Part shown: piece after piece, positions 47,366 through 59,325 of the stretch
How the letters are laid out: every line of letters begins with the position of its first letter
How positions within the stretch are numbered: the stretch's first letter is position 1
Origin: Lytechinus pictus
Taxonomy: Eukaryota
NCBI RefSeq assembly: GCF_037042905.1
Contig: NC_087247.1
Coordinates: 21,948,001-22,012,000 of the forward strand
DNA length: 64,000 nucleotides
Reading direction: 5' to 3'
Made by a program: the position numbers and the translations under genes
Notes under the pieces: generated by a model
Told to the model about the DNA's origin: nothing
Databases searched by the model: none
The model's input: only the letters and a program-made list of their open reading frames with translations

Positions 47366-48556
47366 GCTACCCTTTAAGTTTTGTGTGTTTGTGATCGACA
47401 CGAGAGTAATTCTGGGGATAGGGAAAACTTTACTGACATGGGAGCACACGAGTGGGACTTACCTCGTAAAAATGTCTGCAACAGTGTGCCAGTGGCTAGT
47501 ATTTTGTTGTTTTATGAGCGTACCTTTGTCACATCATCATGAATCAAGAATGATCGGCGGCGAAACGATTTACAGCTGCAGTGAATTTCTCCAGGGCTAT
47601 GGATAGAACTTCTAACATTTTGTTACGCCTTAATTCGTAACGTCTTTCTACTACGTTACACTTCTCCGACTCCACCCGACCCTAGACCCTCGACCGGTAC
47701 CCACACACACACCCTCCTCAATTAACCATGTACCACCAGAATCGACCACCACACCCCCTCCCGACCCCTCCGAGTTACCCCCCCCCCCCCAACTCTCTTT
47801 ATAAATCTTACGATTATTTTCTTCCGTTCCGATCCATTAATTCTTATTCTTAATTTATTAGTGTATTGATATACATTAACAGAAGAGAGTGCAATATATG
47901 ATATGGTGTTGTCTGGTGTTTTAAAGAAATAAATGAGAAACACTCAAACGAACGAGGTTCAATTTTTATTTGTATTTAATGTTAATTCTGGTAAATACTT
48001 CGGTAATTAACAATAATAGGCTGCTCCTTCATCACTATGGCCTTATTCTAAAATGTTAAGTAATTAAGCTTCGTCCATAGAAAATATCATAGCCAAGCGT
48101 TTTGGAACCCTGTGTATGATGATGTTTATGAAGAGATGAGATACATGACTAGGGAGATCGATGCTTGAATGGTATTGTTATACATCCGAATATCTGTATC
48201 AAACGAAAATTAAAAAATATATATATATAGAACATGTAATCTCGACCCCCTTCCACACCCCAGCACTTGAAGCTTTATCTATAGATGAAGATAAGTAATT
48301 TTGAATTTTTAACAATGCACAAGAAAAAAAAATGACTTATATACATCAGCTCACAGTCCCATGCGCAATTATTAGGCCTCTTTTATAGCAATATGAGATA
48401 TCACTGTTATAAAACCATTTCACAAAAAGTGTGTGTATGAATAACTTACGTGGCAACTTGGAATCAAAGCTTGCAACAAAATAATGATTCAGCTGACATT
48501 CTTAATGCTCATTTTAATCAATGAATTTACAGTTGCATAATCGTGAATTTCTTCAT

Positions 48557-51500
48557 TCATCTGCTTTAAATTTCAACACAAAACATATTTTTTAATTGCT
48601 TGCAAAGTCGGTACTTTTGAAAAGTATGTCCCATTATCAATGAAAACAGGTATTTTGATGGGGGGGGGGGTAAGACGACCTTAATTTTATAGTGATCTTT
48701 TCTCGATTGAAGTACAAACGAAGGTGAACGAAGGTGACACTGAGACCTCACTTTTTAATAACATTCTTTCTTCTTTATTTCTTTCTTTCTTCCTCTCCCT
48801 TCTCTCTCCTCCCCCCTCCCCCACCACCCTTCCAATTTTGAACGATCATGTGGATGGTCACTCCCCCCCCCCCTTTAACATCACCCCTGAACAAAGGAAG
48901 ACCTACCCTTGAACGCATGATTTTCTTCGTGCTTTCATCCTCATCTGGCGTAATCTTTGGTCATTTAAACTCTCTTCCTCTGAACTAGCATTGTTTGGCT
49001 ATGTAAATAATTGATAGAGGAAACGACGATAACGCCGAGCAGGCAATGTACTGTGACTAATTGTGAGTATATACAGTCAACAAGAATATTTTTTTACACT
49101 AAAACTGCCATATTTATATGTCATTGAAAGAGAGGTTCACCATTTATGACAAAAAGATTGTTATTAAAAATACCAGAAAAACAGTAACAAATATTGGTCA
49201 ATATCCATTTAAGATAACGAAAGTTATTAGAATTTTATTACAGTTTTTATTTGTGACGTCATATTTTACGAGCGGCTGCACCATACGTTATGTAATAAAA
49301 ATCCATAAATTTCTTTTTTTTTTTCTTAAATGGATTATGATGTATAAAATTCTTCCATGAGCGGGTGTGAAATGATTTGTCTGTTGATATACTAAAGGTA
49401 TAATAAAACCATTTCACTTTTCGAGAAAGTGACTTATCATTTTTTTTTAATTCAAAATACATGGGAAGCTGCCCGCATTATGACATCACAAGTCAAAAAA
49501 ATTAAAATTCGAATAACTTTTTAAATCTTTGATGGATTTTCCTCAAACTTTTACCGATATTTTTATATTATTTCTGCTATTTTTACAATAACACTTATTT
49601 GTCAGGCCGAACTTCCCCTTTAATGACAATTTTTTTTTCATACTTTTGCCCCAATGGGCAAGTTTATTTACAAAAAAAGAACACGTTTACAGAAGTCAAA
49701 TTTTAATGACATAATTGGTAATAAACCTTACTTTCGCATGCAAAGTGACACTGCATTATCAGATTCTGCATGCAAAGTGCAAGAAAAACGTTTAATCTGT
49801 AGGCTAAAGATAAATGGCTGATTTCACTGAGCCGAGTGATAATTATCATTTCCAATCAATGCCCATATTATATTTTTTTTAAAGCAGACTTACAGGTTCA
49901 GATCGAGGCTGTATTTTCTTGCCGTGAAACTTCTTGATCAGCATCTGTTCTTGAACTAGTTTTACAGCATCACGCATGCGCTCCTTGATCGGGTCAACAT
50001 GACTCGACTGAAGCTCTGATTCCGCCTCTTTGATTCGTCGCTTTCGTTCCTCCACGCATGCGTTGTCTGCAAGTTGACTGTTTCGACTAGTTTGCGGTTT
50101 GGGGAGGGTTGGAAAAAAGTTATCAATATTATAAAACATCATGTAAAGATAAAAAGATATACTTTCAAAGCAAAATAAAGCAACAACAAATATACTACAT
50201 GCTGCTGATACTACTACTATTACTACTCCTACCACTCCTACTACTCCTACTACTACTACTTGTACTACTACTACTACTACTACTACTTCTTCTACTACTA
50301 CTCCTNNNNNNNNNNNNNNNNNNNNNNNNNNNNNNNNNNNNNNNNNNNNNNNNNNNNNNNNNNNNNNNNNNNNNNNNNNNNNNNNNNNNNNNNNNNNNNN
50401 NNNNNNNNNNNNNNNNNNNNNNNNNNNNNNNNNNNNNNNNNNNNACTACTANNNNNNNNNNNNNNNNNNNNNNNNNNNNNNNNNNNNNNNNNNNNNNNNN
50501 NNNNNNNNNNNNNNNNNNNNNNNNNNNNNNNNNNNNNNNNNNNNNNNNNNNNNNNNNNNNNNNNNNNNNNNNNNNNNNNNNNNNNNNNNNNNNNNNNNNN
50601 NNNNNNNNNNNNNNNNNNNNNNNNNNNNNNNNNNNNNNNNNNNNNNNNNNNNNNNNNNNNNNNNNNNNNNNNNNNNNNNNNNACTACTACCTCTACAACT
50701 TTTACTACTACTACTACTACTTCTTCTACTACTACTACTACTACCTCTACATCTACTTCTACTACTACTTCTATACTACTACTACTCTACTAGTATACAA
50801 TTCTTATATATTTCGCACAACAGGGCTGAGTTGTGTAAAATATACTTACCAATGTAGAAGTTCTCCCAGAGCTTCCCCCATCATGACCTCAGTCCTTGCC
50901 CGACATGTTTCCTCCTCTTCTGCTTCAGCTAACTATGACAAGTGACCAAACAAGAAAGAGATAGAAAAAAAATGTTGCTGAAGAAGTATGGAAGTACAGT
51001 AATGAATAAAGTAGTTTTAGGTATAGGTCTAACACAATCTTATGTAGATGTGAAACGATTGAGACGTGTAACTTAAAGAGGCAAACATTTTGAAAGGGAA
51101 TTGTATTGTATTGTATTTATTTTCCGTCAATTAAAAATAATAACAATGATATATATATTTACAATTACAAAGAAATGATCAGTAAAAATACGGAGGGAAT
51201 GCCCTACTCAGCGTTGATAACATATCAACGCTGTTTTACAGGGGGGTCCCTTACATAAATATACATGTACACATATAATACAGGAAATGAAAAACTCGGT
51301 TGACTTAAGATTAAAACATTGACAAAATGTAAAAAAGTTAGGAAGAAACATATTTACAATACATACAAAAGATAACAAAGTAAGAATTAGGGATATATTT
51401 GGAATAACAACGTGTACGGGGAATCGGTCGGGCGAATTATCCAGAAATAAATTTGCTTATTTTACCTTTTCCCTTTAAAATTAAAATACAATTTCGTGAT

Positions 51501-54500
51501 AATTTGGTTATTTGGATGTTTTACCACTTTGCTTTTATTTCCTTTTTCATTTCTTTTTTTATCCTCGGTGTGACCGTTTTATGGGGAGGGGGACAACTAG
51601 TCCTACAACCCCTATAAGCCAGTGATTAACAATTTATTATTTAGTCTGGGTATCTTTTTCTAGTACATAGAACACATTGTAATGATAATCTTTTTAATGA
51701 AATAAAAGCGATGTGCGTTATGCTTGTTCAGAACACCACTTTAGAGGCAGTCGAAAGGCACGTCCTAACTGTGGACCGGATAATAATGTGAAAATCAACG
51801 CTCCAAAAAGGTGAGTGCGAGGGGGAAGGCTTTCGATGTTTCATCAAATTGAATCTAAAAGAAGTCGTCTCTTTCTTCGCTAGTTCATTTATCAGCTCCA
51901 CTTCACTTGACTTTTTTGTGATTATGAAAATTGGAAAGAAATTGTTAACGCGCAAAAAAAATTTAAGAAAGAGGGAATGACAATGATTTCTCTTTTCGCG
52001 CGAAGTGCGGAAGCTAAAACGTCTGCATTCTTGAGGTAGTTTTAAAACCCTTCCTTGGTAAGATCAGATTTGCTTTCAAACAAATTTCGCAACGTTAAAT
52101 ATATTTCAATCGCAAACTAGAGAGTACGGGTACGCATGGAGAAGATATTCCTTCCCTCGCATAGCGTTGTGGCTCTGAAGTATCAGGGGCAGATGTTTCA
52201 TTAAACTATGCAGGTATATCTTTAGTGCCTTCACCCGCTCTATTTCAGTTATTTTTGTTAGATTATACAATTTGATTACGAGGGAAATAGAGCTAAAAAA
52301 ACTGGAATGGATGATGCAAAGAGGGTGATTATCCCTTCTCACGCGAAGCGCGGAAACCTCTATGATTTATCGAAATTTGAAAAAAAATAGGAAGATGTGT
52401 AATTTCTTTCACTCATATCAAGCGCTTCCTTTTGTATGAATAAGAAATCATTAGTGACATTCAAATTTCAAATTAAGGGCGCAAGACAAGAGATGGGTGT
52501 GAAAGAATATGGAATGAACTGTCATCAAATTAAACAGAAGTCTTTAAGTACGACATGAGTTTTATGCCCACCTCTTTTCAAATGAGTAACCTGCCTGTCC
52601 CGAAATATTGTTGTCTAGTAGTGAGCTGAAAAGCGGTATATACCCTATGGGGAGTTGTGACAGATATATGGCAGAAATAACCTGTTACGACCAGAAGGGC
52701 GGTTATTCTACTCTATAAAATCTCCAGATGTACTTGTATACTGCTTGGTAACAAGAAATACACTAGTTAGAAGCCAAAGGCGGAGAGGGGTGGGGAACCA
52801 GGCTAGAGAAATGGTGTGGGAAACAAAGGGAAATAAATAATGTAATTTTTTTATCGAGAAGAGAGAAATCATAATTTATATATGAAATTAGGAGGAGAGC
52901 GAAAACGTCTCGTTTCGGTTTTTATTTAAGTAGGAAAACTCACAGAGCTACCTTTCTTCCATTTTCTCCTTTCACCCTTCTTTTTCTCCTCTCCTCCCTT
53001 TTTTATTCTCTTAGGGTGCGTTTTATGGTCGGGGTGGGGCGACCGCCCCCTTGGCCGTACGCCTGTTGAAAAGAACACCCACATTCTCTCCTTGACCCCC
53101 CACCCCCATCTCTCTCTCTCCCTCTCTTTCTCTCTGTCCATCTCTTTCTCTCTCCATCCTTTTTTCCTGAAGACCTCAATCCTTCTGCATAAACTTACCT
53201 GTACAGTGGCAAAGGTTCTAGTAAGTTCATCCTGCATCATATCCTTGGAATCCATTGCTTTATCGTGTACGGGGTCGCTCTTTTTCTCATCTACAAATTT
53301 CTCAATTTCCTGAAGACGCCTTCGACGTTCATTTTCTTCCTGTCACAAAGATGAATAATGCCAAAAATAAATTATAAATATTTTCTTGTACTGTTATGAT
53401 GATATTCTAAATATTTATTATTTTTATTATTATTTTACATTGCCCCGGTAATCAGTTCGTTTGGGGTCAAGCACCGTTCCATTTAAAAACTGACCAAGAA
53501 TCAGATCAGATGTGATAAAGAAAAGCAGTAACGTGCAGATGGGGGGGGGGGCTTAGGGCGCTTACTCCCCCCAAAAAAAATCACAACCAAGAAAAAAGAA
53601 GAAAAAAAAGGGAAAGAACAGGAAAGAGAGAAGGGTAAAATATGATTAATTTTCTGAATATTGGGTCAAAATCTATCACAAAATTTGATTTTTTTTTATT
53701 TATGTCGAAATTAGGTATTTGCCCGATACGTCATATCTGGCCCTTCAATATTTTGCTTATTACGTAACTGAAGAAAAGATGATCAAATCTGAACCTTTCT
53801 GGGTCACATCTAGCCCATTCCGTGCCATTTCTAAACAGAAGTGTGGTCCTTACAAAATAATTTTTTGCGCGTCAATTTAACCCTGGAATGTGGAGTGTAT
53901 AAATTAAAAGATATCCTTCTCTTTCATTGAATTAAGTATAAGCTCCGTACGAAGACGGGGCTGAAATAAATTGTTATATTCCGATCTTATTGGTCCTCTG
54001 CACGGAAATCTTTAGTAAAAGGCGAAAGATTTGTGCGTGATGCAGTGAACCCACGGATGCTAAACGAAGAAAGGGAAATCAAGATGTAAATTTAAAATAA
54101 GTATTTAGTTGATGGTTGATGAAGCTAATTTAAGATACGAATCCAAAACCCATTGGTCTTATCTCGTCATAAAAGGTAATATATATGAAATTTAAAAAGT
54201 ACATATTTTTGTAGGCTTGTATGTTTTGAAATAGGCGTACACAAATATTTCCCCCATTTTGATTAGTTCGTCGAATCATTATGCATTCATTTTGACTCGT
54301 AAAGGCCGCGGTTTGCTTTATGTTCACCAGTCTGGTGAAGGAACGCATTCTAAGACGCTTGCTTTATTCTTATTCTAATTAGGAGAACATCGTTGAGTCT
54401 AGGTAAGGTTTGAACACTAACCATAATCTCAATCGTCTTCAAATATCTACATTTTGATTTCTTGATGTTCATTCAGTGTCCGTGGGTTCACTGCATTGCG

Positions 54501-57500
54501 CACAAATCTTTCGCCTTTTACTAAAGATTTCCGTGCAGAGGACCAATACGATCGGAAATTAACAATTTTTTCTGCCTCGTCTTCGAATGAGGCTTGCAAC
54601 ATTCATGCAAGGAAAGACATTTGAAAACAAAAATAGTTAACATAATCAAACTTTCATATTTCTTTGTGATTATCTTTAAAATTGTCAAATTATCATATTG
54701 TTTTAAAAATCATAAATTGTGATAAGATTGAGATATTCGTCATCCAAGCTGGTTGCTTCGCACACATCTGACTAGGTATAACTCGAAAAATAGAATAAAG
54801 CTGAAAAATATATTAAATTGGAAAGTAAAGGCAAAGCGGCTTTTATTTCTAATTCAATATTTTTCAGCGTTATTCTAAATTCATATAAAGACACCGGACA
54901 ATGCACAGTTTTACTATAGTGAAATGCCCAACAAGAAGTCAATGACGGGCGGTATGCGAATGGGGGAAGTGCAGCATGGCGTCGCACATTATTTTTTTTT
55001 AAGATCTCATTTGAATTATAATTATTATAAGATTTTGTTTTTAATAATTTTCCCAATAAGGTAAAATCTGGTATGACCTTTCGTTGATCTCTCACGTCAA
55101 AACGACAAATCAGAAATTAATTGCTAAGTTCCGATCCCTGAATACCTCTACAGGTAAAACTTTAGTAATGGGAGAAAAAAAATGAGCGTTTCATGTTTTG
55201 GAGGTGGCGGTGCAGTTCCTCTTATTGTTAATTATTCTCGTCATATCCTTCTATAAGCCTTCTTACCAAAGCATGAACTTTCATGAGATGTGTGGTGCGT
55301 TTGAACGAAAGAACAAAATCATCCTTGAGCTCACGATAAAGATCGTCCACTCCGTGTTCGACTTCGTCGTGAACTTCTTCGAGGTCGTGGAAAGCTCCCA
55401 TGAGTTCGGTCTCGACATAACGTCGTGCTTTGGCCACGTTCGACATCGTCTTGACTTCGGTCAGTAGGGTTTTGTCAGCTTCAGCCTTCAATATAAAATA
55501 GATTTAACCACTTACCGTGATTATGTTAAAAAGATACCATATTTTATACGAGGTATTTATGTAAGGTATTGCTGATCGAACTGGAATCATCGTAATTTAA
55601 CATTAATATTTTTTTATTTTCTTCATTATTATTTTAATTCATTCCTAAACATGTGTAATTGCCATTGTTGGAATATAAGGATTCAATGAAGAGTTTCGTA
55701 ATTGTCAAATGTGGAAAATAATTCATGAACAAAAATCCAAAGAAAGAGTGAAGGTGACTCTCTCATTAGCATATCACCGTGCTGTGCATATAGCTGCCTT
55801 GTGAAAAATAAGCGATTCTGCTATAACTTTCTTATTTTACCACCGATTAGATGAAGTGTTCAGTATTATGTCCGTTTGATTTTTTCCCTTTTCATTAATA
55901 TTCACTTTTTCTTGCCTTTTAATGGCGTCCTTTTTTTACCGTCATCCGTACATCCGTTATTTAAAATGATATAGTTCTGTTCGCAAAATCAGAATTGAAT
56001 GTTATGCTGCAGTCACATATCCCCTACGGCGGCCGTAAGGCGAGTCGAAAACAGCCGTTTTATTCATTTTTATTCAAACCACCTGTGTACCTGGGACAAG
56101 AAAAATGTTAAAACGGCTGTTTTCGACTCACCGTACGGCCGCCGTTGGGGGAAATGTGAATGCGCCATTACCTTATCAAAATCTGTGAGGTCTTCCATTC
56201 GTCGCATTCGCCATTCTCGCTCTGTATTTTCAGTCTCCTCCATAGACTTCAGATGATCAGTATGAAGGAGTTGATCTAAAACAGTATCAAGTTTCTCTTC
56301 CACTTTCGTGATAATCTCTTTTTCCTTTTTCTTCTCTGTTTTCTGAAATAAAACGTAAAACATTTACTTTTATTTTAAATATATGAAATAAAAATTTTCA
56401 TGTGTAAACCAGTATTTGCATCCATGTTTTGAAACAATATGAAGATAATGTTTTAAAAAGCGTAAAATTTTTATTATTTTTAGAAGATTATACAACATAA
56501 GACCCGTTGCATTAAACTTTTGCCATGAAAAAAATCTGGCAAATAACAAAAACTCTGGCAAACAAAATTATGCCATTGAAACTTACGTATTAAAAAAACT
56601 CTGCCCCGTCCCCCAAAAAAATCAAGAGTTTTTCTTTCATGCAAAAGGCCCCTGGTAGATTCCCCCCCATGAGAAGAAAGTTTAATACTAAAACAAATGA
56701 ACATTCCGCTTAAATTGCACTTAAACATTATAAGATTCAAAGTAGCTGACCGAAGGATTAAACCATTGTTTAATGTATTTGTTATATCCAATTTTATCTA
56801 AATAGTAGGGATGTTTATCTTCACCACTTATTGCCAAATAGGAATGAATAATTACCTTTGATTTATGAACAATGGATTTGAGTTCTTTATTCACTGGACT
56901 CAAAACTGCGCTTGCGCGTCTCATGTCACGTGATTCTTTCTTGATACGCCTTTCTTGTTCAGTATCAACGGCCCTGGTAAGATCAGAGAGGAGTGCATGG
57001 AAGACGAAAGAAAAGAGGATGCGAAAGTGAATGATTAAAATAAAATAAATTATTCTTTTTTCTTCCATGCACATTCAATATATTCAGACGTGGAAGCCGT
57101 CCTATTTTGTTTTGATTTTTTTCCACCCCAGGAAAGTATAGGCCTATTCGCCTACGCATGACCCCTTTAACGACTTTGCCTCTTTGTGCACACAGATTGT
57201 GACAAAAAAAATATGTAAGCCCACCCCCCCCCCCCGGCATCCATCAAGTTCATCAACATTATTCTTCACTTTTACGTGAAATTAAACATGGGCTGAATTC
57301 ATCCTCTCTCCCACATTTCACCATCTCAAACTTGATGCATGTCGGATATGGCGTTATTTTCATACCAGTGACTCCATTATTTTCTGCTGCGTATTCTTGG
57401 TGACAAGCTTTGCTTCTTCGGGGTCCTAAGAAATCTGTCATAAGTACATCATTTTTATCTTCCATCTCAACGCTGATTTTCTTTTGTACTCGTTTGTGTT

Positions 57501-59325
57501 TTTTTGATATATCAATAAAACTAGAACATTTGATTTGATTTGATTTATCTATTTCCACATTCCAATAACAAAAGTATATACAAGTGTAATCATTGTTTCT
57601 TAGCATAACATAATAATAAGCAAATGACATAATGAATAACATATGCATATATACATTCTAACAATCTAATTGAAATATATTTATACCTGATACATTTCTT
57701 TTTTTTTATTATTAAAACAAATAGCATTTTGAAATGTGGGAGACATCTTAAGCTTAGAGCTTGAAATTGATAAAGGCCTCAAAAGGAAAGGGGAAGGAAA
57801 ACCAGACAAACAGTGCATCATGAACTTGTGACTCATCTAACAACTCCACTTTCGGGGTTAGTCAGATTGCTATGGATGGAGGGGAAAATGGAAGAGAAGG
57901 CCGGAATTTTTACAAGGTGTAACATGGTAATAACTCCCAATCATAGCCTGCTAGATCGGTCCATCTACTTGATATAGGGAGGACGCCCTCTTCCGTATAG
58001 ATGACTGTACAACATTCGAAAATAGAGAGGCACATTCCCCATTTCTTCCCCCCCCCCCTCGGAATCGTATCCAATTGCTCCCATTTTTTTCCAAGGCAAT
58101 TTAACCATTATTCATAATTAAATTTCACCTTTTTAAATTCTAAATAGGGCCCCGTTGCAAAGAGTACCTTTATAATAACTTTGCCATGCAGCGGATACTT
58201 GCATATAGCATCCTCGATTTTGATTGGCTGTTGATCAGCATTACCATGGTAGTTACCATTGAATGGCAAAGTTATCATAATGGTACTTTTATGCAACGGG
58301 CCCCAGAATTTCTACTCACTGATTGACAGCTTGGATGGTAAGTTTCCTGGTGGTATGTTCCATTGCTAGGGGGTCGGATCCGACATCGACGTCCTTATCA
58401 CGAGATGGATCGACTCCACCGACCTCCCAGTGATTACCGTCATAGAAATGATGATCTTGATTCGTCTGAACAGAGCGACGTTGGGTTGGTAACTATAATG
58501 GGTGTATCAGTTGGAAAAAGGTTCGGACATCTCATAAAAGGGACTGTCACTCTTGAACGTTTTAGCCATCGTACCTCTGCTGAGTACTTCGTCTAGCAAG
58601 TCATCGATTTCAAGAATTGCTTTTTGTTCACCACACAAAGTATAATTATGAAGAAATAATTTTCTTTTAAATGGATTAAGACAACAACTTGCCGTGGACT
58701 ATACGTACAGTGCATGGTTAAAACGTTCAGATGTGACGCCCCAACTACTTTAACTCACCGAAGACAAGGAAAGGTGTGAGTAGATTGGCAGACAAAATTC
58801 AGGCCTATTATAATACTCGGACAACTCAACTTGACATTCGAATTTTAAAAAAATCAATCAAAATGATTATGATCAATCATCTAGATACCGAGATTAATGT
58901 TAACCAGAAGGGCAGCGCTACATGGAGCAGTGGACACCTCCCTCCTGTAAATGATTATTTAATTAGTGAATGAAAGAATCTTTTAAAAAAGGAGACCAAA
59001 ACACGAAGAAAAATGAAGAAAATATTAAGAAAATATCAAAAGAATCTGGCTCGTGCACTTTTTCACCCTTGCATTAGAGAGAAAGAAAAAAAAAAAAGTT
59101 TAATGTCGCCTTGCCCCTATCAAACTTTCATGACACAGCCCCCGATAAAAGAACTACCATAGAACATACCTCATACATTCCCTTTTTGCGAGGAAGCCGG
59201 TGTTTGAGGTGTCTCTTGATGACTTTCTCCCGGACCTCATCGGCCTGGCTCATCATGAATACCTTTTCATTCTTCTCCTCATCGTACTGGAAATCGCTCG
59301 TGTTTGACCCCTTAGCCTTGAGGAC
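48557..59325 (-). CDS. Uncharacterised ~450-aa charged alpha-helical protein, 5' end unresolved: complement(join(48557..48560,48907..48998,49894..50086,50850..50932,53199..53339,55267..55485,56172..56342,56856..56973,58320..58492,59170..59325))
   Basis: Nine internal exons each have an AG acceptor and GT donor and chain without stops (phases 0,2,0,0,0,0,2,0,2). The terminal NAGNAG acceptor gives an immediate TGA, and AATAAA lies at 47970-47965. A possible start is ATGATG at 59256. Confidence 0.8.
48907..48998 (-). CDS. Exon of the uncharacterised gene (PNNASSEEESLNDQRLRQMRMKARRKSCVQ)
   Basis: Acceptor acatag|CCA and donor GG|gtaggt. Confidence 0.72.
49129..49619. mobile_element. Kolobok-like MITE, older copy
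   Basis: AGAGAGGTTCACC..TGACAAAAAG / CTTATTTGTCAGGCCGAACTTCCCCT|TTAA, with imperfect inverted arms. Confidence 0.55.
49894..50086 (-). CDS. Exon of the uncharacterised gene (RNSQLADNACVEERKRRIKEAE...QPRSEP)
   Basis: Acceptor aactag|T and donor CCT|gtaagt. Confidence 0.8.
50192..50792. repeat. (ACT)n microsatellite containing N runs (50306-50444 and 50452-50682)
   Basis: Directly visible. Confidence 0.9.
50850..50932 (-). CDS. Exon of the uncharacterised gene (LAEAEEEETCRARTEVMMGEALGELLH)
   Basis: Acceptor tcatag|TTA and donor TG|gtaagt. Confidence 0.8.
53199..53339 (-). CDS. Exon of the uncharacterised gene (EENERRRRLQEIEKF...TFATVQ)
   Basis: Acceptor tgacag|GAA and donor CAG|gtaagt. Confidence 0.82.
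53526..53770. mobile_element. hAT-type MITE with a perfect 8-bp TSD
   Basis: AAGAAAAG|CAGTAACGT ... ACGTAACTG|AAGAAAAG. Confidence 0.8.
53918..54616. mobile_element. Long-inverted-repeat non-autonomous element, ends uncertain
   Basis: TTCCGATCTTATTGGTCCTCTGCACGGAAATCTTTAGTAAAAGGCGAAAGATTTGTGCG..GCAGTGAACCCACGGA is mirrored at 54478-54557; weaker pairing extends both outwards and inwards. Confidence 0.8.
55267..55485 (-). CDS. Exon of the uncharacterised gene (AEADKTLLTEVK...HLMKVHAL)
   Basis: Acceptor ttgaag|GCT and donor TTG|gtaaga. Confidence 0.8.
56005..56167. mobile_element. PIF/Harbinger (Tourist-like) MITE with TTA TSD
   Basis: About 58-bp TIRs (TCACATATCCCCTACGGCGGCCGTAAGGCGAGTCGAAAACAGCCGTTTTA and its complement); TTA at 56002-56004 and 56168-56170. 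Confidence 0.88.
56172..56342 (-). CDS. Exon of the uncharacterised gene (KTEKKKEKE...EREWRMRRMEDLTDFDK)
   Basis: Acceptor tttcag|AAA and donor AAG|gtaatg. Confidence 0.8.
56856..56973 (-). CDS. Exon of the uncharacterised gene (AVDTEQERRIKKESRDMRRASAVLSPVNKELKSIVHKSK)
   Basis: Acceptor taccag|G and donor AAG|gtaatt. Confidence 0.78.
58147..58303. mobile_element. Harbinger-like MITE immediately downstream of an exon donor
   Basis: GGGCCCCGTTGCAAAGAGTACC..ATAACTTTGCCAT / ATGGCAAAGTTAT..GGTACTTTTATGCAACGGGCCC. Confidence 0.8.
58320..58492 (-). CDS. Exon of the uncharacterised gene (LPTQRRSV...MEHTTRKLTIQAVN)
   Basis: Acceptor ttatag|TTA and donor CA|gtgagt. Confidence 0.72.
59170..59325 (-). 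CDS. Exon of the uncharacterised gene (VLKAKGSNTSDFQYDEEKNEKVFMMSQADEVREKVIKRHLKHRLPRKKGMYE)
   Basis: Acceptor tttag|GTC and donor GAG|gtatgt; 156 nt open. Confidence 0.75.

Noticed and set aside
43658-50945. His-, Ile-, Tyr- or Leu-rich ORFs and ORFs spanning N runs
   Set aside because: Products of trinucleotide microsatellites and assembly gaps.
57366-57520. Exon-like segment (FIDISKKHKRVQKK...NGVT) in the minus-strand gene
   Set aside because: It has AG/GT ends and an open frame, but its 155 nt would shift the frame, and the flanking exons join correctly without it. At most a poison or alternative exon.
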